From positions 96,122 through 160,121 of the forward strand of contig CAWACB010000005.1 of assembly GCA_963780475.1 (NCBI GenBank): DNA of 64,000 bases. The letters are read 5' to 3'. Below, piece after piece: positions 10,919-20,246 of this stretch. The notes under the pieces were generated by a model. The model was not told the DNA's origin. It worked only from the letters and a program-made list of their open reading frames with translations, and did no database searches. The DNA comes from an uncultured Solirubrobacterales bacterium. Lineage in GTDB: Bacteria; Actinomycetota; Thermoleophilia; Solirubrobacterales; JBBDJG01. The first letter of the stretch is position 1; each line of letters opens with the position of its first letter. Both the position numbers and the translations under genes were made by a program.

Positions 10919-12003
10919 GCGCCATCCCGAAGCTGCGCTCGCGGGCGCACGGCGCCGCCGTACCGCTCAGCGACGACGACCGCCGGCTGCTCAACCTGCT
11001 GCAGTCGAGCTTCCCGCTCTCCGAGCGGCCGTTTGCTGCGGTCGCCGAGGCCGCCGGCGCGACCGAGGGCGAGGTGATGGAGCGCACCGAGCAGCTGATC
11101 GCCGATCGCATCATCCGTGAGATCACGCCGATCTTCGACACCCCCGCACTCGGATACCAGTCGATGCTGGTCGCTGCCAAGGTGGACAGTGAGCATCCAC
11201 ATCGCGCGGCGGCGATCATCAACGAGCATCCTGGCGTCTCGCACAACTACCTGCGCAACCACGAGTTCAACCTCTGGTTCACGATCGCCGTGCCGCCCGA
11301 CACGGGTCTCGGCCTCGATCGCACGCTCGACGTGCTCGCCGAGCGCACCAGCTCCGAGTCGATCCGCCAGCTGCCCACGATCACGATGTTCAAGATCAAC
11401 ATGAACCTCGAGATGGAGGGCGGGACCGAGGCGCTTGCCAAGACGGCCGAGGCAGTCGAGCCGATGCCACGAGAAGCCGTGCCGATCGACGACTTCGACG
11501 TCGCGCTGATCAAGGCACTGCAGGGACCGATGGAGGTCCGCTCGGACGCCTACGTCCCGGCCGCCGAGCGGCTCGGTGTTCCGGTGGAGCGGCTGCTGGA
11601 GCACTGCCGCGGGATGACCGAGCGAAAGCTGCTGCGCCGCGTCGCCGCGATCCTGTTCCACCGCCGTGCCGGCTTCTCCGCGAACGGAATGGGCGTCTGG
11701 AAGGTGCCGGAGGCAGAGATCGCCGAGACCGGACCGCGGATGGCTGCGGTGCGCGGCGTCTCGCACTGCTACCGCCGGCCGACGTATCCGGACTGGCCCT
11801 ACAGCGTCTTCACGATGGCGCACGGGCGCTCCAAGGAGGAGTGCGACGCCGTGCTGGACAGCGTCGGCGACGTGTGTGGGCTGTCCGGCACCGACCGCGC
11901 GACGCTCTACAGCTCCACCGAGTTCAAGAAGGTGCGCCTGCGCTACTTCACTCCGGACTACGAGGAGTGGGAGCGGGCGGCGCTCGGCGGAGGCGCCGCA
12001 TAG
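10903..12003 (+). CDS. fused AhbA/AhbB-like (NirD/L/G/H family) sirohaem decarboxylase
   Basis: 366-aa track ORF; GTG start with AAGGAGG 7 nt upstream. Two tandem Lrp/AsnC-like halves: [16 protein letters not shown]...[17 protein letters not shown] and [12 protein letters not shown]...[21 protein letters not shown]. Confidence 0.75.
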
Positions 12004-12020
12004 CCGGCCTCAGGGCGGCC

Positions 12021-13328
12021 GTGCGCTCCGCGACTTCGCACGACCGATCACGCGCGCTGTTCGAGCGCGCCACCGGGCTGATACCCGGAGGCGTCAACAG
12101 CCCCGTGCGCGCAATGCGCTCGGTGGGTCGCGACCCGCTGTTCGTGGACCGCGCCGCGGGCGCCGAGCTGTTCGACGCGGACGGCAACCGCTACGTCGAC
12201 TACGTCTGCTCCTGGGGTCCGCTGATCGCCGGGCACGCCCACCCGGCGGTCGTCGATGCCGTGACCGCGGCCGCGGCGCGCGGGACCAGCTACGGCGCTC
12301 CGACCGAGGCCGAGGTGGACCTGGCGGCCGAGGTGGTCGCCCGGGTGCCGGGCGCCGAGATGGTGCGCCTCACCTCGTCGGGAACCGAGGCGGCGATGAC
12401 GGCGGTGCGGCTCGCGCGCGCCGCGACCGGCCGCGAGCGGGTGATCAAGTTCGCCGGCTGCTACCACGGTCACGTCGACGGACTGCTCGCCGAGGCGGGG
12501 TCCGGGCTCGCGACCCAGGGCATCCCGGCCTCACCCGGGGTGACGGCGGCGCAGGCTGCGGACACGATCGTCGTGCCGTGGAATGACCCGGCCGCCCTCG
12601 ATGCCGCGCTCGAACGCGCCGGCGAGGCGCTCGCGGCCATCCTGGCGGAGCCCGTGCCGGCCAACATGGGCCTCGTTCCACCACAGGAGGGGTTCGTGGC
12701 GCTGCTCGCGTCCCGCGCCCGCGAGGCGGGCGCGCTGCTGGTGCTGGACGAGGTGATCAGCGGCTTCCGCGTCGCGCGCGGCGGAGCGCAGGAGCTGCTC
12801 GGCGGGACGCCCGATCTGACGCTGCTCGGCAAGGTGCTCGGCGGCGGACTGCCGCTTGCGGCCGTGGCGGGGCGGCGTGACGTGATGGAGCTGCTCGCGC
12901 CGGCGGGCGAGACGTACCAGGCGGGCACCCTGTCCGGGAACCCGCTCGCCACCGCCGCCGGCCTGGCGACGCTGCGGCTGCTGGACACCGGCGCGTACGA
13001 GCAGCTCGCAGCCACGACGGAGCGGCTCGCATCCGGGCTGCGCACGGCCGCCGCGGACGCCGGCGCGCCGGTCCAGGTGGTTGCGCAGACGGGCCTCCTG
13101 ACCGTGTTCTTCTCGGACCGGCCGGTGCACGATTACGCCGGTGCCAAGGCTTGCGACCAGCAGGCGTTCGCTGCCTTCTTCGGTGCCATGCTCGACCACG
13201 GGGTCTACCTCCCGCCGTCGCAGTTCGAGGCCTGGTTTCCCTCGCTGGCACACACGGACGCGCAGCTCGACGAGACCCTGGCGGCCGCGGCCGAGGCGTT
13301 CCGGGCAGTGCAGGAGGGACGTGCTTGA
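12021..13328 (+). CDS. hemL: glutamate-1-semialdehyde 2,1-aminomutase
   Basis: Track ORF 11841..13328 trimmed to GTG 12021. SRALFERATGLIPGGVNSPVRAMRSVG, YVDYVCSWGPLIAGHAHP, LVLDEVISGFR, LGKVLGGGLP. Confidence 0.9.
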   Translation: MRSATSHDRSRALFERATGLIPGGVNSPVRAMRSVGRDPLFVDRAAGAELFDADGNRYVDYVCSWGPLIAGHAHPAVVDAVTAAAARGTSYGAPTEAEVDLAAEVVARVPGAEMVRLTSSGTEAAMTAVRLARAATGRERVIKFAGCYHGHVDGLLAEAGSGLATQGIPASPGVTAAQAADTIVVPWNDPAALDAALERAGEALAAILAEPVPANMGLVPPQEGFVALLASRAREAGALLVLDEVISGFRVARGGAQELLGGTPDLTLLGKVLGGGLPLAAVAGRRDVMELLAPAGETYQAGTLSGNPLATAAGLATLRLLDTGAYEQLAATTERLASGLRTAAADAGAPVQVVAQTGLLTVFFSDRPVHDYAGAKACDQQAFAAFFGAMLDHGVYLPPSQFEAWFPSLAHTDAQLDETLAAAAEAFRAVQEGRA

Positions 13329-13864
13329 GCTCCCGGGAGGCAACGTTCGGCGCGCTGGTCGCCGCCGGCCCCCGGACCGGCGAGCACGCGGCTGACTACG
13401 CCTTCGTCTTCGAGAGTGTGCTCGAGGGTTACCTCCTGCACTACGGGGAGCCGCGGCCCGAGGCGCCGGACGACCCGGACCAGCGGCTGCTCGAGGGCGA
13501 CCTCGCCTACGCGCTCGGCCTGGCGCGGCTCGCCGAGCTCGGGGATCTGGAAGCGGTTGCCGAGCTGGCCGACCTGATCTCCTTCTGCGCGCAGGTGCAC
13601 GTCGAGGATCGTGGCGACGCCGATCCGGGAGCCGACTCCCTCCCGGCGGTCCTGTGGGCGCTCTGCGCTCTGGCGGTCGGGACCGGCCCCTGGGCCGGCC
13701 ACGCTCAGGTCAAGGAGGCGGTCCGCTCGCAGCGCGCCGACGCGCTCGCTCTGGGGCTGTCCGAGGCAAGCGCGCGGGCCGACGCGACGGGAACCGAAGC
13801 GGAGCTGAATTCCGCCCTGATAGCGTTCAGGGAGATGGGCCGGGCCGCTTCGAGGAGTACGTAA
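13325..13864 (+). CDS. hypothetical helical protein, weakly HepS-like (heptaprenyl diphosphate synthase component I)
   Basis: Track ORF 13151..13864 trimmed to TTG 13325 (TTGA overlap with the hemL stop). The segment QRLLEGDLAYALGLARLAELGDLEAVAELADLI recalls the LAGDLYSGLYY..LA..GD region of Bacillus HepS. Recalled by eye only. Confidence 0.4.
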   Translation: MSSREATFGALVAAGPRTGEHAADYAFVFESVLEGYLLHYGEPRPEAPDDPDQRLLEGDLAYALGLARLAELGDLEAVAELADLISFCAQVHVEDRGDADPGADSLPAVLWALCALAVGTGPWAGHAQVKEAVRSQRADALALGLSEASARADATGTEAELNSALIAFREMGRAASRST

Positions 13865-13878
13865 CAGAGGCTACTTGG

Positions 13879-14628
13879 ATGGCTGACGGGACGAGCATTT
13901 CCGGCTCTGAGCCGAATGGAGCGGACGGAGCGCCGGACGGCGCCCAGGGCGCCGCCGGGCGAGGCCGCGTTGCGGTCCCGGCGCAGCCGCCCGAGTCATA
14001 TCCCCTGCGCAAGGCGAAGATGCCCGGCGCCTTCGAGGGCGAGACCGTCACCCGCCGCGGGCTGTTCTCCGCGGGGGCGCTGGCAGCGGGGGGAATCGCC
14101 GGCGCGGCGATCATCTTGCCCGCGGTCGGCTTCGCGCTCGGTCCCGTGTTCGAGGAGGAGGACGTCGAGTGGCGCACGATCGGGTTCGTCAATGAGTTCA
14201 CCGACGACAACTACATTCCCGGCGTGATCTCGCTCGTCAGCGGCCTTGGCGAGGCCGGCAAGACCACGGTCTACGTGCGCAAGACGAATCCCGCCCTGCC
14301 CGGCGAGAAGGCGGGCGGATACGTCGCGATGTCGACCCGCTGCGCCCACCTCGGCTGCCCGGTGCGCTGGGTGAGCGCCGCGGAGCGCTTCGTGTGCCCC
14401 TGCCACGGCGGGGTGTACGACTTCCAGGGCAAGGTCGTCGACGGCCCGCCGGTGCGGCCGCTGGACCGCTTCGAGACGCGCGTCAAGGGCAGGGAGGTCC
14501 AGATCGGCCGCCGCTACAGCGTCAACTCGGACCTCAAGCGCTACTCGCCGCGCGACCCCGGGGAGCCCATCGACGGGCTGTGGCAATACCTCTACCCGAA
14601 GCGGTTCACGACGCCGCCGCCCTCCTGA
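13879..14628 (+). CDS. qcrA: menaquinol-cytochrome c reductase Rieske iron-sulfur subunit
   Basis: Track ORF 13654..14628 trimmed to ATG 13879. TM anchor plus Rieske boxes CAHLGCPV and CPCHGGVY. Confidence 0.85.
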   Translation: MADGTSISGSEPNGADGAPDGAQGAAGRGRVAVPAQPPESYPLRKAKMPGAFEGETVTRRGLFSAGALAAGGIAGAAIILPAVGFALGPVFEEEDVEWRTIGFVNEFTDDNYIPGVISLVSGLGEAGKTTVYVRKTNPALPGEKAGGYVAMSTRCAHLGCPVRWVSAAERFVCPCHGGVYDFQGKVVDGPPVRPLDRFETRVKGREVQIGRRYSVNSDLKRYSPRDPGEPIDGLWQYLYPKRFTTPPPS

Positions 14629-15434
14629 TGGCGATCGGGACTCCAAAGCCCCCGCGACGCGGCATCCGCCGCAAGCCGCCGCCGCCCCCGGGCGAACAGC
14701 AGAACGGCGGGCCGCCCGTCAAGGAGCAGGCGGTCGAGGTCGGCGCCGACGTCGTCGGCTGGGTCGACGAGCGCACCGGCGCGAGTGGGTTCCTGCGCGG
14801 CTTCCTGTTCCGCAAGGTCCCCAAGGGCACCAACTGGTTCTACACGCTCGGGTCCGCGACGATGTTCGCGTTCCTGTCGCAGGCGGTCACGGGCGTCTTC
14901 CTGGCGATGTACTACGACCCGAACCCCAACAACGCCTACGACAGCGTTCAGCACATCACCAACGACGTCTTCCTGGGCAGCCTCGTACGCGGCATGCACC
15001 GCTGGGGCGCGACGGTGATGATCGTGCTGGTGTTCCTCCACATGGCCCGGGTGTTCTTCTTCGGCGCCTACAAGTACCCGCGCGAGCTGAACTGGGTGAT
15101 CGGAGTCGTGCTGCTGGTGCTGACTCTCGCCATGGGGCTGACCGGCTACCTGCTGCCGTTCGACCAGCGGTCCTTCTGGGCCACGGTGGTGGCGGTCAAC
15201 ATCACCGGGACCGGGCCCGTGGTGGGGCCGTACCTGGCCGACTTCCTGAGAGCCGGCCCCGAGTTCGGGGCCACCACGCTGACCAGGTTCTATGCGATCC
15301 ACATGCTGCTGATACCGGTCCTGATCGCGGCACTGATCGGCCTGCACCTCTACCTGGTGGCCAAGCTCGGCACCACCGCGCCGCCGTGGATCAAGGCGAA
15401 GATGCCGGAGCCCTTGGAAAAAGAGCGTGTGTAG
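14628..15434 (+). CDS. qcrB: cytochrome b6-type subunit (N-terminal half of a split cytochrome b)
   Basis: Track ORF 14394..15434 trimmed to ATG 14628 (TGATG overlap). GSATMFAFLSQAVTGVFLAMYY, RGMHRWGATVMIVLVFLHMARVFF, PFDQRSFWATVV carry the haem-ligand histidines. Confidence 0.9.
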   Translation: MAIGTPKPPRRGIRRKPPPPPGEQQNGGPPVKEQAVEVGADVVGWVDERTGASGFLRGFLFRKVPKGTNWFYTLGSATMFAFLSQAVTGVFLAMYYDPNPNNAYDSVQHITNDVFLGSLVRGMHRWGATVMIVLVFLHMARVFFFGAYKYPRELNWVIGVVLLVLTLAMGLTGYLLPFDQRSFWATVVAVNITGTGPVVGPYLADFLRAGPEFGATTLTRFYAIHMLLIPVLIAALIGLHLYLVAKLGTTAPPWIKAKMPEPLEKERV

Positions 15435-15455
15435 CGGCCCGGCCGCTCGACCGGC

Positions 15456-16169
15456 ATGAACCGAGAGCAGAAGGAGCAGTACCTCCGCGAGTACGCCGTC
15501 CTGAAGAACCAGGGCAAGGCGTTCTTCCCGTATGCCGTGCTGAAGGACTCGGTGATGGCGGCGATCGTGATGGCCGTGATCATCACGATGGCGATCGTGC
15601 TCGGCGCCGGCGAGCTGCAGAACAAGGCCGACCCGACCACCACCACCTACACGCCGCGCCCGGAGTGGTACTTCTTCTTCCTCTTCGAGCTGCTGCGCGT
15701 GATCAAGCCGCCGTCGCTCGTCGTCCTGGCGTCGGTCGGCATTCCGACGCTCTGCATGGTGCTGCTGGCGTTGCTGCCGTTCTATGACCGCAACCCCGAG
15801 CGCCGGCCCGAGCGGCGCCCGATCGCCACCACGACTGCCGTCGCGGTGATCGCGATCATGGCCTACCTCACCTACCTGGGCGCACACGCCGAGGCGCCGG
15901 ACAAGATCGAGATGGACGTCGCGAAGACTTCGGCTGCGCTGGAGAAGGGCCAGCAGGTGGCCAACCAGTCCGGCTGCGGCGCCTGTCACAAGTTCGGCGA
16001 GGCGGGCAACGCCGGACCCGGACCCGACCTGTCAAAGGTCGGCGAGACGCTTCCCAAGGAGGCGATCGCGCGGACGCTGCGCAACCCGACCGCGCCGATG
16101 CCCTCCTACGCGGACCTGCCACCTGAAAAGTTCAACGCGCTGGTCGACTACCTGGCTGCGCTTCGCTGA
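15456..16169 (+). CDS. qcrC: cytochrome b C-terminal (subunit IV-like) domain fused to a mono-haem cytochrome c
   Basis: 237-aa track ORF. PEWYFFFLFELLR (subunit IV motif), three TM segments, then CGACH haem-c site and a distal Met (PTAPMPSY). Same architecture as Bacillus QcrC. Confidence 0.85.
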   Translation: MNREQKEQYLREYAVLKNQGKAFFPYAVLKDSVMAAIVMAVIITMAIVLGAGELQNKADPTTTTYTPRPEWYFFFLFELLRVIKPPSLVVLASVGIPTLCMVLLALLPFYDRNPERRPERRPIATTTAVAVIAIMAYLTYLGAHAEAPDKIEMDVAKTSAALEKGQQVANQSGCGACHKFGEAGNAGPGPDLSKVGETLPKEAIARTLRNPTAPMPSYADLPPEKFNALVDYLAALR

Positions 16170-16198
16170 CGGCTTCGTCCGACTCCGAAAACCGGGAG

Positions 16199-17917
16199 GT
16201 GCAGGTTCGGTCGATGTTCGACCGGATCGCCGGCCGCTACGACCTGATGAACTCGGTCATGACGGCGGGCCTTCATCACCGCTGGCGCCAGCGCACGGTT
16301 GACCGCGCTGGAGTCGGCCCCGGGGACCGCGCGCTCGACGTCTGCTGCGGAACCGGTGACCTGTCCCTGGAGCTGAAGCGGCGCGTCGGACCTGCGGGCG
16401 ACGTGATCGGCGTGGACTTCTCCGAGCCGATGCTGGACCTGGCACGGTCAAAGGCGGCCGAGGCGAATCTGCCCGTCGAGTACAAGCCCGCCAACGCTCT
16501 GTCGCTGCCTTTCGCCGACGGCGAGTTCGATGCGGCCACGGTCGGCTTCGGCGTGCGCAACGTGGTCGACCTGCCCCGCGCGCTCGCGGAGCTGCGGCGC
16601 GTCGTGCGCCCGGGCGGCACCGTGGCGATCCTCGAGATCACGACTCCGGAGCGGCCGCCGCTCGCCTGGTTCTACTCGGTGTGGTTCGACCGCATCGTTC
16701 CCTTGCTGGGCAAGGCGGGTGGCGAGAGCGACGCCTACAGCTACCTGCCCGAGTCCGTGCGGAGCTTCCCTCCGGCAAGGGAGCTCGCCGCACTGATGGA
16801 CCGGGCGGGCCTGGGCGACGTGCGCTACACGCTGCTCGCCGGCGGGATCGTCGCGATTCACCGCGGGACCGTGCCTGCAAGCGCCCCTCGGGACGACTCC
16901 CGCACGGCCGAGATCGCATCCGCCAACGGCTCGGCCGACGGCGCGTCGGATGCGCCTTTCGGAGCGCTGCTCGAGCTCGACTCGGGCCGCATGCGGGTGC
17001 TGATGGAACGGGCCGAGCGCCTGCTCGAAGACGCGCCTGCAGGGCACGGCGTGCAGCTCACAGAGGCGGCGTCAGAGACCCTGGCCGCCGGCGGCAAGCG
17101 GCTGCGGCCGCTGCTGGTGTTCATCTGCGGCGGCAACGACGCCGGCGAGGAGATCGCGCGGGCAGCGGCGGCAGTCGAGCTGATCCACATGGCGACGCTG
17201 GTGCACGACGACGTGCTCGATGCGGCACCGCTGCGCCGCGGCGCAGCGACAGTGTTCGCCAGTCGCGGGCGTGAGACGGCGCTCGGAACCGGCGACCTGC
17301 TGTTCTCGCGTGCGTTTCATCTCCTGGCCCGCAACGGGAGCGCGGAGCAGGTGCAGGCGCTGTCGGCAGCGTGCGTCGCGCTCGCTCGCGGCGAGCTCGC
17401 GCAGCGGCATGATGCCTGGGACGTCACGATCGACGTCGAGCGCTACCTGACCCGCTGCGAGCTCAAGACCGCGAGCCTGTTCGCAGCCGCCTGCCGCCTG
17501 GGCGGGCTGTCGGCCCGGCGGGGCGAGGAGGAGGTGGGCGCGCTCGAGGCCTACGGAACGCGCGTCGGCATCGCGTTCCAGCTGCTCGACGACGTGCTCG
17601 ACGTCAGCGGGCCGCCGGAGCGCACCGGGAAGGAGCGCGGCACCGACCTGCTCGACGGGACGGTGACCCTGCCACTGATCCTGGCCCGGGAGCGCGACCC
17701 GGTGCTGACGGCGCTGGACCTGCGAGACGTGCGCGGCCGCGCGGACGCGGAGGGTGTGTGCGACCGGATCGCGGCGAGCGGCGCGCTCGGCGACACACGC
17801 GCCCGAGCGGGCGATCTGGTCGAAGAGGCGAAGTCCTTCCTGGCGGGCGCCGTCGACCGGGAGCTGCGTGCGCGGCTCGACGACGTCGCCGATCGCATCG
17901 TCACCCGCTACTCGTAA
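16199..17917 (+). CDS. fusion of demethylmenaquinone methyltransferase (MenG/UbiE) and all-trans polyprenyl diphosphate synthase (HepT-like)
   Basis: 572-aa track ORF. N-terminal half MFDRIAGRYDLMN...LDVCCGTGD...VRNV. C-terminal half GGKRLRPLL, first DDxxD LVHDDVLD, second FQLLDDVLD. ATG 16214 is an alternative start. Confidence 0.85.
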   Translation: MQVRSMFDRIAGRYDLMNSVMTAGLHHRWRQRTVDRAGVGPGDRALDVCCGTGDLSLELKRRVGPAGDVIGVDFSEPMLDLARSKAAEANLPVEYKPANALSLPFADGEFDAATVGFGVRNVVDLPRALAELRRVVRPGGTVAILEITTPERPPLAWFYSVWFDRIVPLLGKAGGESDAYSYLPESVRSFPPARELAALMDRAGLGDVRYTLLAGGIVAIHRGTVPASAPRDDSRTAEIASANGSADGASDAPFGALLELDSGRMRVLMERAERLLEDAPAGHGVQLTEAASETLAAGGKRLRPLLVFICGGNDAGEEIARAAAAVELIHMATLVHDDVLDAAPLRRGAATVFASRGRETALGTGDLLFSRAFHLLARNGSAEQVQALSAACVALARGELAQRHDAWDVTIDVERYLTRCELKTASLFAAACRLGGLSARRGEEEVGALEAYGTRVGIAFQLLDDVLDVSGPPERTGKERGTDLLDGTVTLPLILARERDPVLTALDLRDVRGRADAEGVCDRIAASGALGDTRARAGDLVEEAKSFLAGAVDRELRARLDDVADRIVTRYS

Positions 17918-17924
17918 CGGTCAC

Positions 17925-17966
17925 GGCAAAAAGAGAACCGCCGACCAGATTCGGGCCGGCGGCTCT
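17925..17966 (-). terminator. rho-independent terminator for the minus-strand gene 18035..18466
   Basis: On the minus strand: AGAGCCGCCGGCC-CGAATCT-GGTCGGCGGTTCT, a 13-bp stem with two G.U pairs, followed by CTTTTTGCC. On the plus strand the same positions are A.C mismatches and no U tract follows. Confidence 0.6.
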
Positions 17967-18034
17967 TCCCTGGGGGGGGAGGGGGTACTGCGAAGCGGCG
18001 GCGTGAGCCGCTCCTTCCCCTGCTGTGGGGGGAA

Positions 18035-18466
18035 CTAGAAGTCCTCGGGGAGGATGTGGTCGCCGGTCAGGGCGCGGGAGAAACGCTCGATCTCCTCCTC
18101 CATGTTGGCCGCGACCAGGCGCTTCAGGTCGTCGACCAGTGAGTCGGTGCCGCGGTCGAGCTCCTCGTCGAAGCGCTCCACGGTGTCCTGGTCGTAGATG
18201 TCGGTGATCTCCCACTCGCAGTTCGGGCAGCGGAGGCTGACCTCCCACATGCAGCGCTCCACCTCGCGCCACTGGGTGGGATAGACGAGCTGGGAGTCAC
18301 AATCGCAGCAGAGGTGCAGGTCCTGAGCCGGGGCGGCCTCGGCGGGGGCCGTCTGGTTGAAGTAGACGACCTCGATCGTCTTGCCGCTCGGCAGGGCGAC
18401 CCGCTTGACCTTCTGCCCCTGCTGTTCGTTGCGTGCCTCCATCGTTGCCGCAGATATCGGCGGCAC
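18035..18466 (-). CDS. hypothetical zinc-ribbon-like protein
   Basis: 143-aa track ORF. Cys pairs CCDCD and CPNCEW, acidic C-terminal helix. ATG 18442 (MEARNEQQ) is an alternative start. Confidence 0.55.
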   Translation of the reverse strand: MPPISAATMEARNEQQGQKVKRVALPSGKTIEVVYFNQTAPAEAAPAQDLHLCCDCDSQLVYPTQWREVERCMWEVSLRCPNCEWEITDIYDQDTVERFDEELDRGTDSLVDDLKRLVAANMEEEIERFSRALTGDHILPEDF

Positions 18467-18534
18467 GCAACCGAAGCTTTAGAGGAGAACGCGGGCGTCC
18501 GAAACGGCTCGCCGGAAGCTCGCGGACCGGCCAC

Positions 18535-18540
18535 TAGACT
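18535..18540 (+). promoter_or_regulatory. TAGACT -10-like box 9 nt upstream of the dcd TTG start
   Basis: ggccacTAGACTgccggtgctTTG; no SD sequence. Confidence 0.3.
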
Positions 18541-18549
18541 GCCGGTGCT

Positions 18550-19122
18550 TTGGTTCTCAGCGACCACACGATCCGGTCCGAGATCGATGCGGGGCGCATC
18601 GTGGTCGACCCCTACGACGAGAGCCTCGTGCAGCCCTCGAGCATCGACGTCCGGGTCGACCGGAAGTTCCGCGTCTTCCACAACTCGCGCCATCCCTACA
18701 TCGACGTGCGCAAGCCGATGGAGGACCTGACCGAGCTGGTCGAGGTGGCCGGCGATGCTGCGTTCGTTCTTCACCCGGGCGAGTTCGTGCTCGGGCAGAC
18801 GCTCGAGTCCGTGACGCTGCCCGACGACATCGTGGCGCGCCTGGAGGGCAAGAGCTCGCTCGGCCGCCTCGGGCTGCTGATCCACTCGACCGCGGGGTTC
18901 ATCGACCCCTCCTGGCACGGGAACCTCACCCTCGAGCTGTCCAACGTCGCCAACCTGCCGATCACCATCTACCACGGCATGCCGATCGGGCAGATCTCCT
19001 TCATGCGCATGGACCGCGCCGTCGAGCGGCCCTACGGCTCCGCCGAGGCCGGCAGCAAGTACCAGGGCCAGGATGAGCCCACTCCGTCCCGTTACTACAG
19101 GAACTTCGGCGACAACGGTTAA
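18550..19122 (+). CDS. dcd: dCTP deaminase
   Basis: 190-aa track ORF (TTG start). [54 protein letters not shown]. Confidence 0.9.
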   Translation: MVLSDHTIRSEIDAGRIVVDPYDESLVQPSSIDVRVDRKFRVFHNSRHPYIDVRKPMEDLTELVEVAGDAAFVLHPGEFVLGQTLESVTLPDDIVARLEGKSSLGRLGLLIHSTAGFIDPSWHGNLTLELSNVANLPITIYHGMPIGQISFMRMDRAVERPYGSAEAGSKYQGQDEPTPSRYYRNFGDNG

Positions 19123-19189
19123 TCACTAATTCCCACATCTGTATGGGAGTGGGCCGCTACCATTGAGCCGACCCCCAGAAGGGAACCGC

Positions 19190-19429
19190 ATGCCGAATAT
19201 CGGACCTCTCGAGATCATCCTCGTCCTGATCATCGCCCTGGTGGTGTTCGGGCCGAAGCGCTTGCCGGAGCTCGGCCGCTCGATGGGCCGCGGCCTGCGC
19301 GAGTTCAAGGACTCGGTGACCGGCAAGGACGACGACGACGACGAACGACCCCGCATCCAGCGTGCCGAGCGCTCCGAGGAAGACGAAGCTCCGCTCGAGG
19401 GCGAGGTCGTCCACGAGCGCAAGACCTGA
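19190..19429 (+). CDS. tatA: twin-arginine translocase TatA/E
   Basis: Track ORF 19163..19429 trimmed to ATG 19190, preceded by gaaggga. MPNIGPLEIILVLIIALVVFGPKRLPELGRSMGRGLREFK followed by an acidic tail. Confidence 0.85.
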   Translation: MPNIGPLEIILVLIIALVVFGPKRLPELGRSMGRGLREFKDSVTGKDDDDDERPRIQRAERSEEDEAPLEGEVVHERKT

Positions 19430-19444
19430 CCTCGCCTAGCTGAG

Positions 19445-20215
19445 ATGGCGCGCATCAGGCCGGTGCGGCACGATGACCGGCTGACGCTGGTCGAGCATCT
19501 CGATGAGCTGCGCACGCGGCTGATCATCTGTGCCATCACGATCGCGGTCGCGTTCGGGCTCTGCTTCTGGCAGAACCACCTGATCCTCGATCTGCTGAAC
19601 GAGCCGCTGCCCGACGGGACCGAGCCGCTCACCCTGTCCGTGACGGAGCCGTTCATCACGACGATGACGGTGTCCGCCTACATGGCGCTGGTGCTGGCGG
19701 CGCCGGTGGTCCTGTATCAGCTGTACGCGTTCGTCCTGCCCGCCTTCAGCCCGACCGAGCGCCGGGTAGCGTTGCCGATCCTGCTGCTGTTCCCGGTGCT
19801 GTTCATCGGCGGGATCGTGTTCGGGTACTTCGTCGTGCTGGGTCCCGCGGTGAAGTTCCTGACGAACTTCAACGACACGCAGTTCGAGATCCAGGTCCGG
19901 GCGCGCGACTACTACAGCTTCGTGTCGCTCACCCTGCTGTCGATGGGGATCCTGTTCCAGATCCCGATGGTGATCATCGCGCTGACTCGCCTCGGGATCA
20001 CCACCCCCCGCGAGCTACGCCGCCACCGACGCTACGCCTACCTCGGGATCGCGGTGCTGGCCGCATTGCTGCCCACACTCGACCCGGTGACGATGGTTCT
20101 GGAGATGGTGCCGCTACTCCTCCTGTACGAGTTGAGTATCTTGCTTGCAACGCTACTCGGTCGCCCGAAGAGCGATCCCGCTCCGGCGGCCGTGACGACC
20201 GAGGGCTCGAGCTAG
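19445..20215 (+). CDS. tatC: twin-arginine translocase subunit TatC
   Basis: 256-aa track ORF. LVEHLDELRTRLI, six TM segments, YQLYAFVLPAF, PTLDPVTM. Confidence 0.9.
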   Translation: MARIRPVRHDDRLTLVEHLDELRTRLIICAITIAVAFGLCFWQNHLILDLLNEPLPDGTEPLTLSVTEPFITTMTVSAYMALVLAAPVVLYQLYAFVLPAFSPTERRVALPILLLFPVLFIGGIVFGYFVVLGPAVKFLTNFNDTQFEIQVRARDYYSFVSLTLLSMGILFQIPMVIIALTRLGITTPRELRRHRRYAYLGIAVLAALLPTLDPVTMVLEMVPLLLLYELSILLATLLGRPKSDPAPAAVTTEGSS

Positions 20216-20246
20216 CCCCCCAAACTTCACTCAAGAAGAGACCCAG

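Noticed and set aside
17972-17985. G8-A-G5 tract as a G-quadruplex or phase-variable homopolymer.
   Set aside because: There are only two G runs, and the tract is intergenic between convergent genes, next to the terminator hairpin. No coding frame or promoter spacing depends on it.
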